From Mucisphaera calidilacus (GTDB lineage Bacteria > Planctomycetota > Phycisphaerae > Phycisphaerales > Phycisphaeraceae): a stretch of DNA of 32,000 bases. Below, piece by piece: positions 17,097-24,229 of the stretch. The stretch's first letter is position 1. The number at the start of each line of letters is the position of its first letter. Both the position numbers and the translations under genes were made by a program. The notes under the pieces were generated by a model. That model made no database searches. It saw only the letters and a program-made list of their open reading frames with translations, and had not been told where the DNA came from. The DNA lies in contig NZ_CP036280.1 in assembly GCF_007748075.1 (NCBI RefSeq), positions 1,830,001 to 1,862,000 of the forward strand. The letters run 5' to 3'.

Positions 17097-17693
17097 ATGA
17101 AACTTCGACCACAGGTTGAGCAAGTTCTACGTATTTCGATCGCGGTGGTGCTGTGCGTCTTGGGCTTTCTGGCATTGGGTCCCGGCAGTCAGACGTGGAA
17201 CCTAAGGGTCGCGAAACAACACGCTCAACAGCTGACGCCCATGCTGGCCGAGGATGAGCGATTCGCCAGCGTATATATCGGCGAATACACCGGGCTGGGT
17301 GGTGTCTTGTCCGTTGCGGGGTGCGTCCCTGATCATCGTGCTGCGTATGACCTGCGATTGCTGGTTGAGTCCGTCGATCTCTATGTACCGGTTTATTACA
17401 GCGTCAGGGTTTTCTACGATAATTATGATTTTTATCATTTAATGGATGCGCTACATGACGCGCTACATGAAGATGAACGATTTCAAGAACTCCAGTTTGA
17501 TATCGACGACAGCTGGATACTCACGATTCGTCTGCATGCACGTGTTCCAGATGAACAAGCGGCGATAGACTTGCGTGAATTGGTTGAACAGACTCAGCTG
17601 GGTGTGCCTATTGAGTATGACATTCGTTCTCAGCTGGGCGTGCCAATTGAGTATGACAATCGTTGGTCAGGTCGCGTGAGACAGATCCCTTGA
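17097..17693 (+). CDS. membrane-anchored hypothetical protein with two BON-like repeats
   Basis: 198 aa with an N-terminal TM helix (ISIAVVLCVLGFLAL). Two repeats of about 60 aa share DERF..(strand)..V/RVPD..AA.DLR.LVE...L.VP..Y, resembling the BON-domain pattern. The GC content is conspicuously low. Confidence 0.6.
   Translation: MKLRPQVEQVLRISIAVVLCVLGFLALGPGSQTWNLRVAKQHAQQLTPMLAEDERFASVYIGEYTGLGGVLSVAGCVPDHRAAYDLRLLVESVDLYVPVYYSVRVFYDNYDFYHLMDALHDALHEDERFQELQFDIDDSWILTIRLHARVPDEQAAIDLRELVEQTQLGVPIEYDIRSQLGVPIEYDNRWSGRVRQIP
17595..17666 (+). repeat. 36-bp tandem duplication (2 units) inside the CDS
   Basis: cagctgggtgtgcctattgagtatgacattcgttct is followed by cagctgggcgtgccaattgagtatgacaatcgttgg, encoding QLGVPIEYDIRS and QLGVPIEYDNRW. 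A second micro-duplication, gatgcgctacat then gacgcgctacat (DALH DALH), is at 17445..17468. Confidence 0.9.
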
Positions 17694-17814
17694 TCTCCTC
17701 TCATGTATCGTCGGTAGTACAGGGGTTCTTTGGGCGGTCATGCTCAACGACACTTCCTGCACGCTGGCTCCCCGGTTTGTTGTGAATGGGTGTGACTTAT
17801 TTTGCGCCAAAGGC

Positions 17815-18870
17815 TTACGGGATACAGCGCACAATCGGCGGGCCGATGACACGGGTGAGCCAGACGGGAAGCTTGCGCCAGGTCTCGATGCGTGACTGGT
17901 ACCTGGGGTTGTCGGGTCGTGCTGCGTGGGTGTCGCCGTGGAGCGGCATCTGCTGCCAGTGGGTCGGCTCGGGTTGGGCGCCCCACTGCTTCTTGAAGCG
18001 GTAGGTGCCGGAGTCGAGGGTGGAGCGGCCGAAGTCGAAGCGGCTGGCGGAGCGTTCGATCGCGCGGTTGAGCAGGTGGTGGTACATGAACATGTTGGCG
18101 TTCATGGAGTTGGCCGAGCGGAGGCAGGCGGCGGAGGGGACCTGCGTGGTGTGGTTGTGGACGGGATCGTGGATGAGCAGAGCGCCGGCGACGGCGGCTT
18201 CCTCGATGGTGACGAGGGCGAGTTCGGCGTGGTCGGGGAGGGCGTCGAGGATGGCGCGGAAGAAGCGTTTGGGGTAGACGGGCGTGCCGAGGTCGCGCAT
18301 GGTGACGGCGAAGACGGAGTAGAAGCCGTCGAGCAGTTCGTGGCGGCCGAAGGTGATGGCCGGGTGGTAGCGGTCGGCCTTGCGGACCTGGTTGCGGACC
18401 TTGGCCTTGAAGCCATCCCAGAGCTTGTCGGGGGATCCGGGCAGGTCGAGGATCATGCGGGGCTTGTCGTCGCGCGTCTCGGTGAGTGCCCGGTGTTCGG
18501 TGGGCTGGCCGGCGTGGCGGAGTTCGAGGTAGTCGGCGCGGCCCTGTCGAGCGAGTTGGACGGCGGCGTCGATGAGCCGGGTGGCGGCGTCGGGGTCGTC
18601 GGCGAGGACGCCGGCGCGGTTGAGAAAGGGCAGGCTGACGAGGAACCTGCCGAAGAGGCGTGAGCGGACCCAGGCGAGAGGCAGCAGCCCTCGGATGTCT
18701 CCCGACCGCCCCGTTCGATGGATGAGGAGTGTCGGCTCGTGAGCGAGGCCGGTGCGCAGGGCGGTCAGCCAAGCGGGGTGGAGCTCGGGCGCCGCGTGGG
18801 GGTGTGCCCGGAGGTAGGCGAGGATGTGCTCGCGGGTGGAGGCTTCGGGCCTGGTGTGGGTCTCGATCAT
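17815..18870 (-). CDS. FemAB-like / BioF2-like GNAT acyltransferase, of the PEP-CTERM-system-associated type
   Basis: 351 aa. The layout (LSLPFLNRAGV, K.RNQVRKA, a YRFKKQWGA-type C-terminal motif) matches my recollection of the FemAB-family proteins found in exosortase/EPS loci. This assignment is from memory and has not been searched. Confidence 0.6.
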   Translation of the reverse strand: MIETHTRPEASTREHILAYLRAHPHAAPELHPAWLTALRTGLAHEPTLLIHRTGRSGDIRGLLPLAWVRSRLFGRFLVSLPFLNRAGVLADDPDAATRLIDAAVQLARQGRADYLELRHAGQPTEHRALTETRDDKPRMILDLPGSPDKLWDGFKAKVRNQVRKADRYHPAITFGRHELLDGFYSVFAVTMRDLGTPVYPKRFFRAILDALPDHAELALVTIEEAAVAGALLIHDPVHNHTTQVPSAACLRSANSMNANMFMYHHLLNRAIERSASRFDFGRSTLDSGTYRFKKQWGAQPEPTHWQQMPLHGDTHAARPDNPRYQSRIETWRKLPVWLTRVIGPPIVRCIP

Positions 18871-18928
18871 CTGTGGTGATGATCGGCCGTGCGGGAGCGT
18901 GGGCGGCGGCGGCGTCTTATCGGCCTGC

Positions 18929-19522
18929 TTACGCGGCCTTTGCCCGGGACGGGTTCAGCTCACGAGCGGGGACGCCCGCGACGCGTGCCCCCGCGGGGAC
19001 GGGTCGTGTGACGACGGCTCCGGCGGCGACGAGGGCGTGGTCGGCGACGTCGGCCATGATGACGGCGTTGGCCCCAATCCAGACGCCGGTGCCGATGGAG
19101 ATGCGGTCGAATCGCTGGTCGCCGTCCTGATAGGTTCCGGAGGGTCCGAGGTCGTGCTGGTGGCTGCCGGAGAGGACCTGAACACCGTCGGCGAGGATGG
19201 TGCCCGCGCCGATGTGGACGCGTCCGAGGGAGCAGTTACGTCCGATGTAGACGGCGTCCTGGAGTCGGGTGTCGGTTTTGCTCAGGAGGGTCAGAAAGCC
19301 GATGTGGACGCGTTGTCCGACGTGGCCCAGGGTGGATCGATAGAACAGTCGTCGACACCAGACGCCACGCGTTCCGGGGACCTTGGCGATGGCTTCGCTG
19401 GCGTTGCGGAGTGCCGCGTCGGGCCCGATGAACGCTGCCATGAACCGGCAGGCGGCCACGGCAGGACGGGTAACGAGCCACGCGAGGGCGGCGGCGGGCG
19501 GGCGCAGGGCCGATCTGAGCAT
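18929..19522 (-). CDS. hexapeptide-repeat (left-handed beta-helix) acetyltransferase
   Basis: The ATG at 19522 gives 197 aa. Hexapeptide turns are VHIGFL, VYIGRNCSLG, VHIGAGTILADGVQV, ISIGTGVWIGANAVI and DHALVAAGAVV. The track extension to 19789 is P/S/T-rich and overlaps the upstream gene. Confidence 0.8.
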   Translation of the reverse strand: MLRSALRPPAAALAWLVTRPAVAACRFMAAFIGPDAALRNASEAIAKVPGTRGVWCRRLFYRSTLGHVGQRVHIGFLTLLSKTDTRLQDAVYIGRNCSLGRVHIGAGTILADGVQVLSGSHQHDLGPSGTYQDGDQRFDRISIGTGVWIGANAVIMADVADHALVAAGAVVTRPVPAGARVAGVPARELNPSRAKAA

Positions 19523-19577
19523 GGAATCAGGATCGGGTGTTGACGCTGGACGGCGGGAGCGCGGGGCTATCGGACGG

Positions 19578-20066
19578 TCAGGCGGGGTGGCTGACGTCGA
19601 GCCTGGCCTCAAGTTCCTCGAGCTGAATGAGTCCGGCGTCGGTGATGCGCCAGAGCGGGCCGGAGGGGATGTCGAAGCGGGTGACCCAGCCGTGGCGGAA
19701 GGCGTAGCGGATGAGGGTGTCGGCGTAGAGGATGGCGAGGCGGCCGACGACGGGCGGGATCTCGCGCCAGCGGAGCAAAACACGGGCACGCTCGACGGAC
19801 TGGCGCCAGAGGCGTGTGGGTGCTTCGAGGTTGGTGAGGTCGCCGTCTTCCTCGAGGTAGGCGATGGCGGCTTCGATCATGGAGGCGGCGCGCCGGCGTC
19901 GTTCCTGACCGGGGATGCTGCCGACGAGTTCGTCGAGGGGGACGCAGGCGCGGGCGAGTTGCTCGTTGTCGAGCGGCCCGTTGACCTTGAGCGCGGCGAG
20001 GACGTCGAGGAGCATGGCGTCGCGTTGGGCTTCGTGCCACCAGGTTTCAGCGGGCGCAGAGGACAT
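19578..20066 (-). CDS. hypothetical protein with two winged-helix-like segments
   Basis: 162 aa. LLDVLAALKVNGPLDNEQLARAC and ILYADTLIRYAFRHGWVTRFDIPSGPLWRITDAGLIQLEEL resemble MarR/PadR-style wHTH units. I cannot name a family for it. Confidence 0.55.
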   Translation of the reverse strand: MSSAPAETWWHEAQRDAMLLDVLAALKVNGPLDNEQLARACVPLDELVGSIPGQERRRRAASMIEAAIAYLEEDGDLTNLEAPTRLWRQSVERARVLLRWREIPPVVGRLAILYADTLIRYAFRHGWVTRFDIPSGPLWRITDAGLIQLEELEARLDVSHPA

Positions 20067-20209
20067 CGGGAACTCCGGTATGAGGCGTCGGTTCGGGCCT
20101 GCTGGAGTCTGCGCATGGGGGCGTAACGTGCGAGGGGAAGTGGTGATTCGCGGGGCCGCGGGCGTGGCCAGTACGGGATGATCGTCAGGGCTTGCCCAGA
20201 TTCACACGG

Positions 20210-21304
20210 TCAGACGTTAAAGAGGAAGTGGGTGATGTCGCCGTCCTGCATGGTGTACCCCTTGCCCTCGACGCGGAGCCGCCCGGCGTCGCGGATGGCT
20301 TTTTCGGTCTTGAGTTCTTCGAGGTCATCGAGGGCGTAGATCTCGGCGCGGATGAAGCCGCGTTCGAAGTCGGAGTGGATGACACCCGCGGCCTGGGGCG
20401 CGGTCGCTCCGATGGGGATGGTCCAGGCGCGGATCTCTTTTTCGCCGGCGGTGAAGTAGCTCTGGAGGCCGAGGAGCTTGTAGGCGGCGCGGGCGAGGAC
20501 GGCGAGGGCCGGCTCGGTGAGCCCGGAGGCTTCGAGAAGTTCGAGCTTGTCGTCGTCGTCGAGTTCGGCGAGCTCGGATTCGAGACGCGCGCAGACGGGG
20601 ACGACGTTGCCCTCGGCGCCGTTGGCGGCGGCCCAGTCGCGGACCTTCTGAACGAGCGGTCCTTCGCCGGCGGGGTCGTCCTCGTCGACGTTGGCGACGA
20701 AGAGGATGGGCTTGGCGGTGATGAGTCCGAAGCTCCTGAGGATCTTCTGCTCGTCCTCGTCGAGTTCGAGGGAGCGGACGGGCTGGCTGTTGTCGAGGAC
20801 CTCGGCGCAGCGGGCGAGGAGTTCGAGGCGTGCCTTGGCCTCCTTGTCGCCTGAGCGGGCGGTGCGTGCGGCCTTGTCCTTGCTGGACTCGACGGTCTGC
20901 ATGTCGGCGAGGAGGAGTTCGGTGGCGATGGTGTCGATGTCGCGGATCGGGTCGACGTCGCCGTCAACGTGGGTGATGTCGGGGTTCTCGAAGCAGCGGA
21001 CGACCTGGAGGATGGCGTCGACGTTGCGGATGTGGGAGAGAAACTTGTTGCCGAGGCCCTCACCCTCGGAGGCGCCGCGGACGATGCCGGCGATATCGAC
21101 GAGTCGGAGCGCTGCGGGGATGACCTTCTGGGTGGGGATGTGGGCCTCGATGCGTTGGAGCCGGTCGTCGGGCACGGGGACGACGCCCACGTTCGGCTCG
21201 ATGGTGCAGAAGGGATAGTTCTCGCTGGCGATGCCGGCGGCGGTGAGTGCGTTGAAGAGGGTGGACTTGCCGACGTTGGGCAGCCCGACGATGCCTGCTT
21301 CCAT
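20210..21304 (-). CDS. ychF: redox-regulated ATPase YchF
   Basis: 364 aa. It has the P-loop [18 protein letters not shown], the motifs YPFCTIEPN and DIAGIV.GAS.GEGLGN, and a C-terminal TGS-like domain. Confidence 0.95.
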   Translation of the reverse strand: MEAGIVGLPNVGKSTLFNALTAAGIASENYPFCTIEPNVGVVPVPDDRLQRIEAHIPTQKVIPAALRLVDIAGIVRGASEGEGLGNKFLSHIRNVDAILQVVRCFENPDITHVDGDVDPIRDIDTIATELLLADMQTVESSKDKAARTARSGDKEAKARLELLARCAEVLDNSQPVRSLELDEDEQKILRSFGLITAKPILFVANVDEDDPAGEGPLVQKVRDWAAANGAEGNVVPVCARLESELAELDDDDKLELLEASGLTEPALAVLARAAYKLLGLQSYFTAGEKEIRAWTIPIGATAPQAAGVIHSDFERGFIRAEIYALDDLEELKTEKAIRDAGRLRVEGKGYTMQDGDITHFLFNV

Positions 21305-21581
21305 CCAGTTAGCTCCGTTGTCCGCGCGGGGCGGGTTGCGGGTGGGAAACGGAGCATGATAGCGACCGGCGTGGAACTCGCTCGGGAAGGCCGGCGGACG
21401 TGGTTTGTAAGTTTAAGATGAGTGTTGCCTTACGCCGATTCATGGGTTTCACGGGGCGTGTGCGGCGGGCTTGCCGCTGCGTGACGGCTTGGGGTAGCAT
21501 CCGAACGTCACGCGACGGGCGTGGCACAACGCGTGTTGTTGTGAAGGGCTGTGGTTCTCGGACCGTGGTGTGGAGTGATCC

Positions 21582-23006
21582 TTGTCGTTTGATTCCTACA
21601 CGTTCGGCTTGTTCTTCCTGCTGGTGCTGTTTCTGCACCGGCTGCCTTTCTCGTGGAAGTTCAAGAAGCTGAACCTTCTGTGGGCGAGCTACATCTTCTA
21701 CGCGGCGTGGAACCCGCCGATGGTGGTGCTGCTGTGGATCTCGACGATCACGGACTGGTGGGTGGGGCGATGGCTGTACGTGACGCGTGGCGAGTCGAAG
21801 CGTCGCCTGCTGCTGACGGTGAGCCTGCTGGTGAACCTGGGGATGCTGTCGTACTTCAAGTACGCGAGCTTCCTGCTGGACAACTTCGTGGCGTTTGTCT
21901 CGATGCTGGGTGTTGCGTACCGCCCGCCGGAGCTGGACATCGTGCTCCCCGTGGGCATCTCGTTTTTCGTGTTCCAGTCGCTGTCGTACACGTTTGACAT
22001 CTACCGGCGGCGCGAGCACCCGACGGACTCGTTCTTCGATTATGCGTTGTTCGTGACGTTCTTCCCGCAGCTCGTGGCGGGCCCGATCGTGCGTTCGGCG
22101 ACGTTCCTGCCGCAACTGGGTGAGCCGCGACGCGCCGATGCGGCCCAGTTGAGCTGGGGCTTCCTGCTGATGATCGTGGGCCTGTTCCAGAAGGTCTGCC
22201 TGGCCGACAACCTGCTGGCCCCGGTGACGGAAGCGGTCTACGACAACGACGTGCTGTCGAACACGGCGAGCGCGTGGCTGGGGACGATGGCCTTCGCGGG
22301 GCAGATCTACTGCGACTTCGCGGGCTACTCGACGACGGCGATCGGCGCTGCGTTGTGCCTGGGCTTCTCGATCCCGGACAACTTCCGCTTCCCCTACGCG
22401 GCGTGCGGGTTCTCGGATTTCTGGCGTCGGTGGCACATCTCGCTGTCGGGCTGGCTGCGTGACTACCTGTATATCTCGCTGGGCGGCAACCGGATGGGCC
22501 AGCTGCGCACGTCGGTGAACCTGATGATGACGATGCTGATCGGCGGGCTGTGGCACGGCGCGTCGTGGAACTTCGTCATCTGGGGCGGGCTGCACGGGCT
22601 GTACCTGATCGTGGAGCGGTGGATCCGCAACCTGATCCCGGAGTTCGAGGGGCTGACCGGGTCGCTGCTGCGTCTGGTGGCGATCGTAGTGACGTTTCTG
22701 TTCACCTGCTTCGCGTGGGTGTTCTTCCGCGCGAGCGCGTTCGGTGACGCGATCGCGATCCAGTCGTCGCTGCTGGGGATGCCCGGCGAGGGTGCCGAGA
22801 TGACGGTGAGCGGTTCGCGTGCCATGAGCACCGTGGCGGTGGTCGGCTCGATTCTGCTGGTTCACTACGCGTTGCGGGGGATTTCGCTCGAAGAGTTCAT
22901 GCGTCGCTCGCCGCTGTTTGTTCGCTGGCTGATCGTGGGGTTGATGCTGTTTGCGATCGCCGTCTCGACCGGAGAAGACCGTGCCTTCATCTACTTCCAG
23001 TTCTAG
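21582..23006 (+). CDS. MBOAT family O-acyltransferase (AlgI/DltB/PatA-like)
   Basis: 474 aa and polytopic. Motifs are FFVFQSLSYTFDIYRR, FFPQLVAGPIVR, the invariant His in FWRRWHISLSGWLRDYLYISLGGNR, and WHGASWNFVIWG. It starts at TTG. Confidence 0.9.
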   Translation: MSFDSYTFGLFFLLVLFLHRLPFSWKFKKLNLLWASYIFYAAWNPPMVVLLWISTITDWWVGRWLYVTRGESKRRLLLTVSLLVNLGMLSYFKYASFLLDNFVAFVSMLGVAYRPPELDIVLPVGISFFVFQSLSYTFDIYRRREHPTDSFFDYALFVTFFPQLVAGPIVRSATFLPQLGEPRRADAAQLSWGFLLMIVGLFQKVCLADNLLAPVTEAVYDNDVLSNTASAWLGTMAFAGQIYCDFAGYSTTAIGAALCLGFSIPDNFRFPYAACGFSDFWRRWHISLSGWLRDYLYISLGGNRMGQLRTSVNLMMTMLIGGLWHGASWNFVIWGGLHGLYLIVERWIRNLIPEFEGLTGSLLRLVAIVVTFLFTCFAWVFFRASAFGDAIAIQSSLLGMPGEGAEMTVSGSRAMSTVAVVGSILLVHYALRGISLEEFMRRSPLFVRWLIVGLMLFAIAVSTGEDRAFIYFQF

Positions 23007-23988
23007 CGACCGGCTGCCACGCAAGCACGTCATCTCCGCTGCGCTCGGCGCGGTGGTGGTCTTTGTGCTGCTGCTGGGCGCTTACGAGCTGACCGCGCGT
23101 CTGTGCGGGTTCACGCCGGGTATCAACGACTCGATGGCGAACTGGTCGGCGCATCGCGACCGTGTGGCGGACAAGCCCGGCGCGATCGCGTTCGTGGGCA
23201 CCTCCCGTATGACGGCGGCGATCGACGTGCCGCTGGTGCGGGAGCGCTACCCGGATCGGGCGGTGGCCCAGCTGGCGATCGACGCGACCCAGCCCGCGTC
23301 GGTGCTGCGTGACCTCGCGGAGGATCCTGCCTTCACGGGTGTGATCATCTGCAGCGTAAGCCCCGCGGCGTTCAAGGAGGAGACGCTCTGGTCGCAGGAG
23401 CCCTGGGTGGTCTACTACGAGCACCGCTGGTCGATCTCGGAGATGATCTCGTACCGCGTGGGCTACGAGCTCGATCGCTGCCTGGCGACGCGTCAGCCGT
23501 CGTGGAGCTTCATCAGCATGATCTCGACGCTGGCGAAGACCCGCACGCTGCCGACGCCCTCGCACCGGTTCATCACCGAGGACCGCTCGCGTTGTCTGGA
23601 CTTCAGCAAGGTGGATCAGGACAAGCTGCGTGAGACGATCGCGGGCCGGCGGGACACGCTGGAGATCACGCCGCCCGAACAATGGCTGGCGAACGCGGCG
23701 TTGATGGAGCCGGGGATCGAGCAACTGATGGAGCGTGGCGGTCGTGTGGTCTACGTGCGGCTGCCGGTTGCGCACGAGCCTTATGAATATGACCGCGAGG
23801 TCTACCCGCGAGCGCAGTACTGGGACGCTCTGGCCGAAGCGACGAGCGCGACGATGATCCACTTCGAGGACGTGGCGGGGATGAATCAGATCCCGGTGCC
23901 GGACGGCTCGCACATCGACATGCGCAGCCAGGCCGAGCTGACGCGTCTGCTGATGGACGAGGTCGAGCGGCTTGGCGTGCTGGATTGA
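22951..23988 (+). CDS. membrane-anchored SGNH/DltD-like protein, probable partner of the MBOAT (hypothetical)
   Basis: It overlaps the 3' end of the MBOAT gene. The start is TTG at 22951 or GTG at 22981. One TM helix (ISAALGAVVVFVLLLGA) is followed by block-I-like FVGTSRM and, near the C-terminus, block-V-like PDGSHID...ELTRLL. The functional call is an inference. Confidence 0.55.
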   Translation: MRSPSRPEKTVPSSTSSSSDRLPRKHVISAALGAVVVFVLLLGAYELTARLCGFTPGINDSMANWSAHRDRVADKPGAIAFVGTSRMTAAIDVPLVRERYPDRAVAQLAIDATQPASVLRDLAEDPAFTGVIICSVSPAAFKEETLWSQEPWVVYYEHRWSISEMISYRVGYELDRCLATRQPSWSFISMISTLAKTRTLPTPSHRFITEDRSRCLDFSKVDQDKLRETIAGRRDTLEITPPEQWLANAALMEPGIEQLMERGGRVVYVRLPVAHEPYEYDREVYPRAQYWDALAEATSATMIHFEDVAGMNQIPVPDGSHIDMRSQAELTRLLMDEVERLGVLD

Positions 23989-24229
23989 GCCTGCCGGGGG
24001 CGTAGCGACTTACACCTGTACGGGGACCATGCGTCGCTGCAGTGGCTCAGCGGGGAGCGTTCTGCGCCGATGCGTGGGGCGATCTCGGCAGTCACCAGGC
24101 ATCTATCGCATTTCTATAGCCAGGCGTAGTTTATATTCGTCTTTCCGGCGGTGATCTTCCGTACTCGGGGCCACGCGGGACGGGTGAAACTGTACAATGT
24201 GACATTCTCCCCATCCTCAACGGAAGACC

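Noticed and set aside
19523-19789. An 89-aa N-terminal extension of the hexapeptide acetyltransferase ORF.
   Set aside because: It is P/S/T/A-rich and low-complexity, and it overlaps the 3' end of the upstream 162-aa gene. The internal ATG at 19522 fits the intergenic spacing.
24190-24205. An SOS-box-like CTGT-N8-ACAT and a TACAAT -10 element upstream of gyrA.
   Set aside because: It has one mismatch to the E. coli-type LexA palindrome, and that consensus is not known to apply to this lineage. The matching -35 is poor. This is too weak to call.
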